A DNA stretch of 38,586 nucleotides from Christensenellaceae bacterium (GCA_045613665.1 JAZLBK010000032.1:1-38586), one strand, 5' to 3'; shown: positions 7,852 through 17,240, counted from the first letter of the stretch. Notes: generated by a model from the sequence alone, not told the origin. A program made the numbers and translations.

Positions 7852-9289
7852 CTATTTTGAGTTTAGGATATTTCACTCTTTCGTGATAAACGCCCGACAA
7901 GGTGTTCGTGATAGTGTTTCTTATAACGTCAAGTTCCTTAAAGGTAATGTCGCACTCGTTAAACTGGTCGAGTTCCATTCTCTCTTCAATAATTTCTTTA
8001 ACCGCCTTGTCAACGTTTTCGTGCGTGCGGTTGTTAACCGTTCTAACCTTTGCCTCACAAGCGTCGCATATCATAATAATCGCGTTTACCTTGTTTTGCG
8101 GTTTAGGTCCGTAATAACTGAAATTTTCAATGCCGAGTTTACCGTCTGTAAACTTTGACGCTTTCATATAAAAATATCTTATCGGTAAAGTGCCGTGGTG
8201 CTGTTCGGCGGCGTCGGCAAACACTTCTGGAAGTCTTCTTTTTCTAATGAGTTCAGCCCCGTCTTTTGCGTGCGAACGTATAATATCCGTTGAAAGTTCG
8301 GGGGAAAGTTCGTCATGCGGGTTTTTACCGCTTTGGTTTTCGGTGAACATTTCGGGGTTTTTAAGTTTGCCTATATCGTGATAGTATGCGCAAGCGCGAA
8401 CGAGTAAAGGGTTTTCGCCTATGGCGTTTCCGCAAGCCTCGGCAAGCATAGCAACTATAATGGTGTGGCTAAACGTTCCCGGCGCGGATAGTGATAATTC
8501 CTTTATGAGTTTAGACTTGTGGTCGGTAAGTTCGGTTAGCCTAAAATTAGTAAGCGCGCCGAACGACAGTTCGTATAGAGGTAAAATTATCGTCATAATA
8601 GAAACGGATAAAATACCGCTACCAAGCGCAAAAAGAACGGGCGCAATTAAAGTTTTTATGTTAAAAGTAAACTCAACGCAAAGCGCAAATATAATCGCTG
8701 GGATAGAAATTAAAAATCCCATTGCAAGAACTTTCGCGCGCGAGCCTTCTCCGTCAACTAAAAATACTGAAAGAGTTCCGCAAGTTAAAGCGGTAATAAG
8801 CGAAACCAAAACGTAGTTTCCGTCTTGATTAAACGACGCGCAAACTATATCAATAAGTAGCATAAACGTTGCGTAAACGATGTTCATAAAAATTGCGGTA
8901 CGCTTGTCCGTCAACACTAAAACGAGTATAGCGCAAAGTGAAACGGGGCGGAAATAAGGGTTAACTTTGCCTATCGTGTAAGATACGATTAACCCTAAAA
9001 GCACTATTGAATAAAGCATAGTTATATTTCGCGTTTTGCTTATTAACTTTTTGCTTTGGTGGAAAAAGTATAAAAACATACATATTGAAGTTACCACCAC
9101 CGCAAAAACGGTAAATAAGGTAAGCCTATAATTTGCTTTTATAAACCCTGCCATACCGCCTAAGCCATCACTTTTTACAAAAAGCGCTAAAACCATAAAG
9201 GCAAGTATAATAAAAGTGTTAATTAAAAATGCGGTTATGGTTTTTATAAATTCTTTTTTTCCCCATTTTATCGTTGAGTTATTGCTCAT
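7835..9289 (-). CDS. 7TM-HD/HDIG membrane phosphohydrolase (PgpH/YqfF-like), short form
   Basis: 484 aa with multiple TM helices followed by an HD domain containing YYHDIGKLK. Its position between phoH and ybeY is conserved in Firmicutes. Confidence 0.8.
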   Translation of the reverse strand: MSNNSTIKWGKKEFIKTITAFLINTFIILAFMVLALFVKSDGLGGMAGFIKANYRLTLFTVFAVVVTSICMFLYFFHQSKKLISKTRNITMLYSIVLLGLIVSYTIGKVNPYFRPVSLCAILVLVLTDKRTAIFMNIVYATFMLLIDIVCASFNQDGNYVLVSLITALTCGTLSVFLVDGEGSRAKVLAMGFLISIPAIIFALCVEFTFNIKTLIAPVLFALGSGILSVSIMTIILPLYELSFGALTNFRLTELTDHKSKLIKELSLSAPGTFSHTIIVAMLAEACGNAIGENPLLVRACAYYHDIGKLKNPEMFTENQSGKNPHDELSPELSTDIIRSHAKDGAELIRKRRLPEVFADAAEQHHGTLPIRYFYMKASKFTDGKLGIENFSYYGPKPQNKVNAIIMICDACEAKVRTVNNRTHENVDKAVKEIIEERMELDQFNECDITFKELDVIRNTITNTLSGVYHERVKYPKLKIGGGRG

Positions 9290-10262
9290 TTTTCGTTTCC
9301 CTTTTTATATTTTCTTCGTTTTTAGTATACGCCTTAACTATCTCGGCAACTATCGGGTTTCGAACCACGTCTTTATGCGATAAAGTTACCGTTTCAACCC
9401 CGTCTATATTTTTAAGAATTGACGTTGCGTGTATAAGCCCACTTTGTTTGCCCACCGGTAAATCTATTTGAGTAACGTCACCCGTAATTACCATTTTACT
9501 GTTTTCGCCAAGCCTTGTTAAAAACATTTTCATTTGTTCTTTGGTGGTATTTTGAGCCTCGTCAAGTATAATAAAACTATTTGAAAGCGTTCTACCGCGC
9601 ATATATGCAAGGGGTGCTATTTCTATCGCGTTTTTCTCAATGAGTTTTTGATAGGTTTCAAACCCGAACATTTCGTTAAGCGCGTCGTAAAGCGGTCTTA
9701 AATAAGGGTCGACTTTATTTTGTAAATCGCCCGGCAAAAAGCCGAGTTTTTCGCCAGCTTCAACGGCTGGTCGGGTAAGAATAATTCTTTCAATTTGTTT
9801 TTGCTTGTACGCAACCGACGCCATACACACGGCAAGATAGGTTTTGCCCGTACCCGCAGGGCCAACGCCGAATATTATGGTGTTTTTACCTATCGCGTCA
9901 ACGTATTTTTTTTGACCTACCGTTTTGGGTTTAATTTGTTTGCCCTTTGAAGTTACGGCAACAACCCCGCTAAAAGTTTTTTCAATGCCCGAAATATCTC
10001 CCGATTTTGCCATTTCGATACAATAAAGTATTCTCGCTTTGTCAAGCGGTTCGCCAACGCGCACTACTTCGCTTAAAGTTTTAACAACGCTTTCTGCAAA
10101 ACTAACTTTTTCTTTCTCGCCCGAAAGTTTAATGCACCCGTCGTCAACGAAGGCAATAACGCCGAGTTCTTTACTTATTAAATTGAGATTTTCGTCAAAA
10201 ACACCTAAAAACTCGCCAAGGGTTTTCTCGCTGATTTTTACGCTAACTTCAAAACTTTTCAA
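9279..10262 (-). CDS. phoH: PhoH-family ATPase
   Basis: 327 aa with Walker A GPAGTGKTYLA and Walker B IILDEAQN. Confidence 0.9.
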   Translation of the reverse strand: MKSFEVSVKISEKTLGEFLGVFDENLNLISKELGVIAFVDDGCIKLSGEKEKVSFAESVVKTLSEVVRVGEPLDKARILYCIEMAKSGDISGIEKTFSGVVAVTSKGKQIKPKTVGQKKYVDAIGKNTIIFGVGPAGTGKTYLAVCMASVAYKQKQIERIILTRPAVEAGEKLGFLPGDLQNKVDPYLRPLYDALNEMFGFETYQKLIEKNAIEIAPLAYMRGRTLSNSFIILDEAQNTTKEQMKMFLTRLGENSKMVITGDVTQIDLPVGKQSGLIHATSILKNIDGVETVTLSHKDVVRNPIVAEIVKAYTKNEENIKRETKNEQ

Positions 10263-10264
10263 AT

Positions 10265-11176
10265 TTACCCTCCGTATATAGTACGTCTTACCGTTAATAT
10301 TACCTTAATTCCGCCGTCTACGATTTCGTGGCGTTTTTCTTTTATTTCGCCACTTTCGTTAAATTCGGCAAGCGCGTAGGCAACTGAAACGTCAATCTCA
10401 CTTTTACCGTCGCACCTATAAAAGTATTCTGTATTTTTAAGAATTTTAACCCGCGCAAGAACGAAAGTTTTATATTCTTCGCCCTCTTTACCTAAAAGGT
10501 AAGCACCAACGAGTTTATCCCCCGCTTTAACTTGTTGCCCCTTTGTAACGAGCGCAGTTCCTCTTAAAACGGTTATATCTTCAATAACGCCGTCAAATTC
10601 CGCAACTAAATCGCTCGTGTTTTTGCCAAGTATTGACGGTTCGCTTGAAGAAAGCACGGTGTCAACCACCAAAATATTGCCTTGCTTTTTTACCGCAACG
10701 AAAGAAAGGCGTGGGTTTTGAGTTAAAATTTGCCTTTCAATTTCTTTATAGTCAAGTTTAGAAAACCAACTGTATTTAGTTGCGCCTTGCTCGTAAACTA
10801 TTTGTTTGGTTTGCTCTTCAAAACAACTACCGCTACCCGTAACTTTAACGTCTAACAGCAAGTTGTTAAACAGCGCGGATAATATAACGAATAAAATACC
10901 GCCTATAATAAAGCCTGTTTTACTAATTATAAAAGTAATAGGCGACAAAACGCCTTTATGTTTTATTATTTTTTTATTATAACACATATTTTTGCAAATA
11001 GCAAAAAATTTATAAGTATCTAAAAAGTCTATCGTAACGATACACTCTTTTTCACTTTTATAAACAAACTCGTAAACGTTTATATTTTTTCTATGCAAAA
11101 ATTCGGGTAGGTATCTAATTTTTTCGCCTTTAACGTTATATACCGCCCTTAAAAAACCCTTTTTTATCTTTGCCAC
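10265..11176 (-). CDS. yqfD: Sporulation protein YqfD
   Basis: 303 aa with one central TM segment and a YqfD-like N-terminal region. It overlaps yqfC and precedes phoH, the canonical order. Confidence 0.7.
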   Translation of the reverse strand: MAKIKKGFLRAVYNVKGEKIRYLPEFLHRKNINVYEFVYKSEKECIVTIDFLDTYKFFAICKNMCYNKKIIKHKGVLSPITFIISKTGFIIGGILFVILSALFNNLLLDVKVTGSGSCFEEQTKQIVYEQGATKYSWFSKLDYKEIERQILTQNPRLSFVAVKKQGNILVVDTVLSSSEPSILGKNTSDLVAEFDGVIEDITVLRGTALVTKGQQVKAGDKLVGAYLLGKEGEEYKTFVLARVKILKNTEYFYRCDGKSEIDVSVAYALAEFNESGEIKEKRHEIVDGGIKVILTVRRTIYGG

Positions 11177-11424
11177 TCTATTTTCTCCAACTTTCCGCTA
11201 AGCGATATGTCTTTTTCAACGTAGGAAGAAAGGGATAAGTTTTTACCCGAAAAAACTATCTTTCCGCCTTTTGTTATTAAAACTATATTGTCGGGCTTAA
11301 CGTCACAAATTTTTTCTACCCCTTCAACGTAAACGCCACCGCTACCTAATATGGTAATTCGATAGGGGCAGTCACCCATATTGCACAACCTTAAAAAACC
11401 GTTTATACTTTCAGAAAAACCCAT
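11164..11424 (-). CDS. yqfC: Sporulation protein YqfC (YabP/YqfC family)
   Basis: 86 aa with a YabP-like pattern (ITILGSGGVYVEGVEKI ... LSGKLEKIEW) and synteny with yqfD. Confidence 0.7.
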   Translation of the reverse strand: MGFSESINGFLRLCNMGDCPYRITILGSGGVYVEGVEKICDVKPDNIVLITKGGKIVFSGKNLSLSSYVEKDISLSGKLEKIEWQR

Positions 11425-11493
11425 AAACCACCCGTTTTATTCTTTGCCAAACCTAAAAAGAGCAAAGTTAGAATAATATTTATCCGCCTATGC

Positions 11494-11522
11494 TTGACTT
11501 AAAATATAAAAATTGTTATTAT
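11494..11522 (+). promoter_or_regulatory. Putative sigma-A promoter of asnA
   Basis: TTGACT (11494-11499), 17-nt spacer, TATTAT (11517-11522). It lies inside the ORF-track N-terminal extension. Confidence 0.45.
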
Positions 11523-11576
11523 TTAATATATTGTTTGAGCGTGGTTTTAATGCTACGAGAGTATTTAGGTTCGATT

Positions 11577-12584
11577 ATGAAAAATTTATATATACCAAAA
11601 AATTACAAATGCAACTGCGACCTTATTACCAACCAAAAGGCAATAAAGTTCGTTAAAGACAATTTTGAAAGAGTTTTTGCTGAAAACCTTAACCTTTCAA
11701 GAGTAACCGCGCCACTACTCGTGTTTTCTAACACGGGGCTTAATGACGATTTGTCCGGCGTTGAAAGGGCGGTTAGGTTTGACGTTAAGGAACTTGGTCG
11801 CGATGCGGAAATAGTTCACAGCCTTGCAAAATGGAAAAGAACTGCGCTTAAAAAATACGGCTTTAAGTCGGGTTACGGCTTATATACCGATATGAACGCA
11901 ATACGCCGTGACGATAAGGTTGACAACGTTCACTCAATTTACGTCGACCAGTGGGACTGGGAAAGGGTGATTGAAAGAAAGGATAGATGCGTTGAGTTCC
12001 TTAAAGAAATAGTTACCTTAATAGTAAAATCCATTTCAAAAGTAAACGAAATGGCTAAAAAAGAGTTCCCCTTTTTAAGTTTGAATATCAACGAAAACGT
12101 TAAGTTTATAACGGCGGGCGAAGCCGAAGAATTATACCCAGACTATAACGATAAAGAGCGCGAATACGCCCTAACTAAAAAATACGGCACGGTATTTTTA
12201 ATGCAAATCGGCAAACCGCTTAAAAACGGCAAACCGCACGACAACCGCGCCCCCGATTATGACGACTGGGAATTAAACGGCGACATACTTTTCTATAACG
12301 AAGTTTTAGACGCGCCCTTTGAAATTTCAAGTATGGGGATAAGGGTGGACGAAAAGTCGCTTGTATCTCAACTTAAAACGGCAAACGCGGAAGAAAGGCT
12401 TTCGTTTGATTACCATAAACAAATTTTAAGCGGTGAACTCCCCTTAACTATCGGCGGTGGCATAGGTCAGTCAAGGCTTTGTATGTTTATACTTCAAAAA
12501 GCGCATATCGGCGAAGTTCAAGTATCACTTTGGCCAGACGGATTAGAAGAAGAAGCCAAAAAACACGAAATAGTTATTTTATAA
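11577..12584 (+). CDS. asnA: Aspartate--ammonia ligase (asparagine synthetase A)
   Basis: AsnA-type sequence (SIYVDQWDWERVI, GGGIGQSRLCMF). The start is moved to the ATG at 11577 (335 aa) because the upstream 29 codons overlap the promoter and are not AsnA-like. Confidence 0.9.
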   Translation: MKNLYIPKNYKCNCDLITNQKAIKFVKDNFERVFAENLNLSRVTAPLLVFSNTGLNDDLSGVERAVRFDVKELGRDAEIVHSLAKWKRTALKKYGFKSGYGLYTDMNAIRRDDKVDNVHSIYVDQWDWERVIERKDRCVEFLKEIVTLIVKSISKVNEMAKKEFPFLSLNINENVKFITAGEAEELYPDYNDKEREYALTKKYGTVFLMQIGKPLKNGKPHDNRAPDYDDWELNGDILFYNEVLDAPFEISSMGIRVDEKSLVSQLKTANAEERLSFDYHKQILSGELPLTIGGGIGQSRLCMFILQKAHIGEVQVSLWPDGLEEEAKKHEIVIL

Positions 12585-12703
12585 AAATTTTGCCACAAAG
12601 GAAAATGAACTTATTTCTTCTTTTAACTTGTTAGCAGAAGATGACCAAAATAAACTTATAGGCTTTATTAAAGCGTTAAAAAACAAATAAAACGATAACT
12701 TAT

Positions 12704-12736
12704 AAAACTCGACTTTTCAAAAGTCGAGTTTTTTTG
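12704..12736 (+). terminator. Rho-independent terminator
   Basis: actcgactt / aagtcgagt hairpin followed by T7. Confidence 0.75.
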
Positions 12737-12896
12737 TCTACGTAAAACAGGTTGCATTGTATAATTTTTTTTGATATAATAAACTCACCGATAAATAAGA
12801 ATTTTACAATAGGATTTGCATAATAAAAGGCTATTTATAAAAAGGCTTGTTGACCAAGAAAAATGCAGTTTTAACGAGATAAAGGGGAGGAACAAA

Positions 12897-13928
12897 ATGA
12901 ATGTATCTCAAAAAAAAGATAACTGTCTCAACCTATTTAAGTTGATTGCGGCTTTGCAAGTAATGTACGGACATATAATCGTACATTTGAAAATAAACAG
13001 CAATACTTATTTTAACAGATTGTTAGGAGTTTTTGAAGGAGTTCCAATTTTCTTTACTTTAAGCGGATTTCTCATATGGTTTTCCATTGAGCGAGCAGTA
13101 AACAAGGAGGGTTATTCAAAGTATATCAAAAAAAGATTTTGGAGAATCTACCCCGAAATGTGGGTTGCTGTTGGTGTAGAAATAATTATTATGTGTATTC
13201 TCTACCGCGGATGGAATGTTAGAGATACAGCCTTGTTCACATTAACACAATCAACGTTTTTTCAATTTTGGACACCAGATTCATTAAGGGGCTATGGATG
13301 CGGAACCCCCAATGGCTCATTATGGACTATGTGTGTTACAATTCAGTTTTACATTATTGCTTGGTTTATTTACAAGTTGATGAAAAACAGAAAGTGGTTT
13401 GTATGGGTGATAACGATAATTGCAAGCATTATACTCAGCAAAATAGGTAGAGACTTTGTAGAATTGACTCACAATGAAATTCTCTTAAAACTTTACGGTC
13501 AAACAGTAATAAGGTATTTGTGGCTGTTTCTTTTGGGAATGGGTTTAGCCTGTTTCTTTGATAAAGTCATCCCATTTCTTAAAAAGTGGTGGCCTGTATT
13601 TAGTTTTGCGGGAGTTGTTGTTACAATTACTGGTTTTGACCTTTCAGTTGGATATGCTATATTAAAAACCCTATTCATTCTATTTGCTATAATTGGTTTC
13701 TCTTACAGTTTCCCTCAACTAAAACTGAAACATGATATCTCGTTTGGCGTGTTCATTTATCATATGACCGTTGTTAACGCCATGATTACGTTTGGATGGA
13801 CAGGTAGTTTAATACATTTATTGATAGCTATCACTATTTCTTGTATTCTTGCATATGTTTCAACAATAACCATAGGCAAATACTCCGCAACGAAAAAATT
13901 AGGAAATCCTTTGACTATGCCAAAATAA
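12897..13928 (+). CDS. Acyltransferase family 3 (OafA/YrhL-like) membrane O-acyltransferase
   Basis: About 10 TM segments with an N-terminal acyl_transf_3-like segment LNLFKLIAALQVMYGHI. The start is placed at the ATG at 12897, behind the RBS AAAGGGGAGG. The gene is visibly CpG-poor relative to its neighbours. Confidence 0.75.
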   Translation: MNVSQKKDNCLNLFKLIAALQVMYGHIIVHLKINSNTYFNRLLGVFEGVPIFFTLSGFLIWFSIERAVNKEGYSKYIKKRFWRIYPEMWVAVGVEIIIMCILYRGWNVRDTALFTLTQSTFFQFWTPDSLRGYGCGTPNGSLWTMCVTIQFYIIAWFIYKLMKNRKWFVWVITIIASIILSKIGRDFVELTHNEILLKLYGQTVIRYLWLFLLGMGLACFFDKVIPFLKKWWPVFSFAGVVVTITGFDLSVGYAILKTLFILFAIIGFSYSFPQLKLKHDISFGVFIYHMTVVNAMITFGWTGSLIHLLIAITISCILAYVSTITIGKYSATKKLGNPLTMPK

Positions 13929-14134
13929 AACTATGTCGTACTCCGCAAATTTAACTATATATGGGAATAAGTTGATGATTAAAAGTATATACCTGCCTTG
14001 ATATCTAAAAGACTTTTTGAAAAAACACTAATCAAACAGTCCTATAAATTTCAATTTATGAAATAGTTAATCTTTGTGGAAGAATTAAAATGTATCACAC
14101 TATACTTTGCAAGCAAAGTCTTGTGTTTTTGCAA

Positions 14135-14172
14135 AGAAAAAAAGACTAACGAAAATTTTTCGTTAGTCTTTT
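14135..14172. terminator. Bidirectional hairpin terminator (strong for the minus-strand exonuclease gene)
   Basis: agactaacg (14143-14151) / cgttagtct (14161-14169), with A8 upstream and T4 downstream. Confidence 0.7.
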
Positions 14173-14203
14173 ACGTTATCTAAAAAACCCTTAAAAGCAA
14201 GGC

Positions 14204-15256
14204 TTATCCTTGCTTTTTTTGTTGGTTTTGTTTTTCGTGTTGCGCCTTTTTTTCAAGCCTTGCTTGTTCGCGCTTTTTTCTAATTTCTTTGCGGTGCTGT
14301 TTTATAAGTTCCACGTCACTTGAAAAATCAATATCGGGTAATTCCCCAAGCATTGAAAGCATTTTTTCAAGGGTTATTGTTGAAATTCTCTTTCTTCCTT
14401 CGTTTCTAAGCGTTAACGCCCTTTTTTCTTTATCGGTAAATTCGCCTTCTTTTGAAACGAAGTGGTTGCTGTTTTCTATTTGCCCTACTCTACCGTTAAG
14501 GTCGTATATCTTTTTAATTATCTTCCTATAAAGGTCGATATCGCAGTAACGTATATCGTCGGCAAAAGCAAACGACTTATACGAAAGCCCACCCTTATAA
14601 CGCCTGCTGTGCCGACGGTGTTTTTCAATAAATAAGTTTATAAGGTAGTTTATTTCTTTTTTAGTGTACGTTCCGTTAGTGCACGGCACGGTTTCGGTTT
14701 TGCCGTTTACCCCCGGCGTTATATGGAACTTTCTTAAAAGTTCGTCAACTTTAAGCCCTAAATCGTCAGCCATACGTTTTAAGACGAGTAAAGTTACTCT
14801 TGCGTCCTCGTCGCTACGGTGAGCAAGGTATTCTATACCAAACTCGTTTGCAACGCTTTCAAGCCCACACATATTTTGTTTTTTGTATACCGTTTTGTGA
14901 AGTAATTGCACGTCGACAAAATCGTAGGTTATCTTTTCAAGTTTGTATACTTGGCAGGCGTTATTAAGAAAGTCAACGTCGTTAGAAACTGAAAAACCTA
15001 TAATTAAATCGCACTCTTGAAAAAGTTTTTTAATCTCTTCGTAGTGAAAGGGAAAGGGTTGTTGCGCCTTTATAAAACTTTTGTCGTAATGCAGTTTTAT
15101 TCTCGGCTCGTAACGCTTAGTGTACGGGCGCATAACGATATCGTTTTGTTCTATTATATTAAATTTTTCGTCGGCTATACAGTAACCGAAAGTGCACATA
15201 CTCGCGTCGCTATGGCTACCGGTAGTGCTTTCAATATCGTAAGAGAGTATTTTCAT
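14204..15256 (-). CDS. DEDDh 3'-5' exonuclease (DnaQ/epsilon-like) with an extra C-terminal domain and a Lys/Gln-rich tail
   Basis: 350 aa with Exo I YDIES, Exo II SNDVDFL and Exo III HRSDEDA. About 170 further residues follow, ending in KKREQARLEKKAQHEKQNQQKKQG. Confidence 0.8.
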   Translation of the reverse strand: MKILSYDIESTTGSHSDASMCTFGYCIADEKFNIIEQNDIVMRPYTKRYEPRIKLHYDKSFIKAQQPFPFHYEEIKKLFQECDLIIGFSVSNDVDFLNNACQVYKLEKITYDFVDVQLLHKTVYKKQNMCGLESVANEFGIEYLAHRSDEDARVTLLVLKRMADDLGLKVDELLRKFHITPGVNGKTETVPCTNGTYTKKEINYLINLFIEKHRRHSRRYKGGLSYKSFAFADDIRYCDIDLYRKIIKKIYDLNGRVGQIENSNHFVSKEGEFTDKEKRALTLRNEGRKRISTITLEKMLSMLGELPDIDFSSDVELIKQHRKEIRKKREQARLEKKAQHEKQNQQKKQG

Positions 15257-15283
15257 AAATTTTTCTTTTTCGTTTTATTTCCG

Positions 15284-15312
15284 TTAAAAAGTCCGCCGTA
15301 TTATCGGCGGAC
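15284..15312 (-). terminator. Rho-independent terminator of the lipoprotein gene
   Basis: gtccgccg / cggcggac hairpin. The minus strand is followed by T5. Confidence 0.7.
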
Positions 15313-15324
15313 GTTGAATTATTC

Positions 15325-16848
15325 TTAATCTTCTTCAGGGTAGGTCGAGTCAAGTGCCGTTTCAAAAGAAGACTTGTCCGAATCGGTCTTCTTGCCAAGC
15401 ATAGTCTTGTTGAGTTCAAGAACTTTTTCTCTATCGAGTTCGCTATACTTTTCAAGATAGGTTTCATAATCTTCGCTATCAACGTTTGTAACGTCAACCA
15501 CAAAAAGATAGTCTTGGAAAAGGCTGTTAGAGTAAGCGCAAATAAACTTATTGCCTATTACCCTTGGAGCAAACCATTCCGTAGTAGTTTTTGCGCCTAC
15601 TGAATTTATCTTTTTAAGTTCTTTTGAACCGAGTTTAATTCTGTAATAATCGCTTTCAGTTCCCGATAAATACAAGTAATCGTCTTGCTCGAAAGCAATA
15701 TTGTAACCGCTTGCATCGTCACAAATTTGAGTTCTGCCGTGGTATACGTCACTTAAATTTTCATAGTTGAATTTAACAAGACCTTTAAGGTTGTCACTAT
15801 TTTCAACGTAGTAAATTTCATTTAACGATTCGTAGTAAGAATTCATCGTGATAGCAGCATCAAGATAGGTGTTTGAAATACCAAGTTCTTTAAGCGCAGA
15901 AACGGTAACACCGTCTTCAATATTTAAGCCAAAGTAATAAGTTGATAAGTTAGCGTCGTTAGATGCAACTTTCATAACGAGAATTTTACCGGTGTTTTTA
16001 ATTAAGGTAACTTTAACGCCCGAAAGGTCACTATACTTTAAGATTTTTGCTTTGTACGCATCGTCACTTCTACCGTCTCTCGTCTTAGCGTTTTCACCAC
16101 AACCGCTAAATACTACTTCCGCGCTGGTATTACCTGCCGTGTACATATATACTTCCGTAAAGTTTTCGTCTTGCTCTAATTCTTGCGAATAAGCCGTTTT
16201 GGTGTAGAATACTTTATTAGAATTATCGTCAGCCATCAAAAGTTCGCCATACCCGTCAACCGAGAAAATCTTGTTGCCGTTTACGTTGTACGCGTTAAAG
16301 CCTTTAACTTCATTACCGTCAACCGTTTCGGTGTAGTCGTACGCTAAAATTACGCCGTTTGAACTATTGAAATATTTGTATTTGTTAACCGCTTTGGTTT
16401 CGTATAAAATTTCGGTTGACTTACCGGTTGTAAGGTCGAAAGTTCTAAACTCGGTGTAATCAGTTCTTACTTTACCGGTTTTATCCTTTCCGTCATACGG
16501 GGTTGCGTAATAAACAACGTCACCATAAATAAATACTCCACTTACAGCCGAAGAAGTGTTTACAAATTTAGGTATAACCGTTTCAACGTTGGCGGTTTCT
16601 TTGCCGATTTCAGAAGTTTTAACTCTTACAAGTGCACCCTTACAAACGTCCCCCATCTTATTTGATGCGGTCATATCGCCGATACCGTTTACAAAGTATA
16701 AATAATCGCCTTTTTCTACGGCAAAAGTGCCGTTACCCGATTTTACTTCGCCTCCAACGTTAGATAACGGCGTAACGTTCTCGCTACAACCCGAAAGAGT
16801 AAAAGATATCGTAAAAAGAGCAATCAATAATAAAAGTAATTTCTTCAT
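15325..16848 (-). CDS. Lipoprotein with beta-propeller-like repeats (DUF5050-like)
   Basis: 507 aa with signal peptide and lipobox LIALFTISFTLSGC. It has recurring Gly/Tyr-rich blade-like segments (GDYLYFVNG, GDVVYYATP, IYYVENS, DDYLYLSG). The family guess is from memory. Confidence 0.55.
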   Translation of the reverse strand: MKKLLLLLIALFTISFTLSGCSENVTPLSNVGGEVKSGNGTFAVEKGDYLYFVNGIGDMTASNKMGDVCKGALVRVKTSEIGKETANVETVIPKFVNTSSAVSGVFIYGDVVYYATPYDGKDKTGKVRTDYTEFRTFDLTTGKSTEILYETKAVNKYKYFNSSNGVILAYDYTETVDGNEVKGFNAYNVNGNKIFSVDGYGELLMADDNSNKVFYTKTAYSQELEQDENFTEVYMYTAGNTSAEVVFSGCGENAKTRDGRSDDAYKAKILKYSDLSGVKVTLIKNTGKILVMKVASNDANLSTYYFGLNIEDGVTVSALKELGISNTYLDAAITMNSYYESLNEIYYVENSDNLKGLVKFNYENLSDVYHGRTQICDDASGYNIAFEQDDYLYLSGTESDYYRIKLGSKELKKINSVGAKTTTEWFAPRVIGNKFICAYSNSLFQDYLFVVDVTNVDSEDYETYLEKYSELDREKVLELNKTMLGKKTDSDKSSFETALDSTYPEED

Positions 16849-16992
16849 ATTTTCTCCTAAAATGGAATATTAAAGCAAACTGATGCGTAAAACTAAACTG
16901 TATACGCTTATATATTATATACTAAAAATAAATAATAATCAATAACTTTTTAATTAAAAAACGGTGATAAATTGACCGTATTTGAGGTTTTT

Positions 16993-17217
16993 ATGCAAAA
17001 ATTTGGGTTGTTTGACTTAATTGAAAAACTTTTACCTCTTGAAAAGGCTGTTAAAAATTTTACCGAAAACAAAGAAAAACAAAATCCTTTACCACAAAAA
17101 ACAACTGAAAATACCCAAAAAGTTATGCCTAAACAAAATTTAGCACCCTATTTATCCTACGTTAAACGGCACGACGAAATTTCCAAGCGAATAGAAAAAA
17201 ATAATTCCCGCAAATAA
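16993..17217 (+). CDS. Small hypothetical protein (74 aa)
   Basis: ATG at 16993 behind a GAGG RBS, with a terminator immediately downstream. No recognisable motif. Confidence 0.45.
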   Translation: MQKFGLFDLIEKLLPLEKAVKNFTENKEKQNPLPQKTTENTQKVMPKQNLAPYLSYVKRHDEISKRIEKNNSRK

Positions 17218-17240
17218 ACGTTTGCGGGAATTATTTATTT
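17195..17240. terminator. Bidirectional hairpin terminator
   Basis: aattcccgcaaa (17203-17214) / tttgcgggaatt (17221-17232), flanked by an A-run and a T-rich tract. Confidence 0.7.

Noticed and set aside
11490-11576. N-terminal 29-codon extension of asnA in the ORF track, and similar extensions at 12816, 23430, 24741, 28036, 28949 and 32243
   Set aside because: The extensions start at non-ATG or unsupported codons, lack an RBS, and overlap promoters or divergent genes. Internal ATGs with good Shine-Dalgarno sequences give proteins of canonical length.
11425-11576. T-box or other riboswitch upstream of asnA
   Set aside because: The predicted promoter leaves only a ~50-nt leader, too short for a T-box. 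No specifier or antiterminator structure is visible.
13929-14134. Two tiny ORFs in the AT-rich spacer (MSYSANLTIYGNKLMIKSIYLP and MYHTILCKQSLVFLQRKKD)
   Set aside because: They are 19-22 codons long with weak or no RBS and no hydrophobic toxin-like character. I cannot assess conservation, so they are not called.
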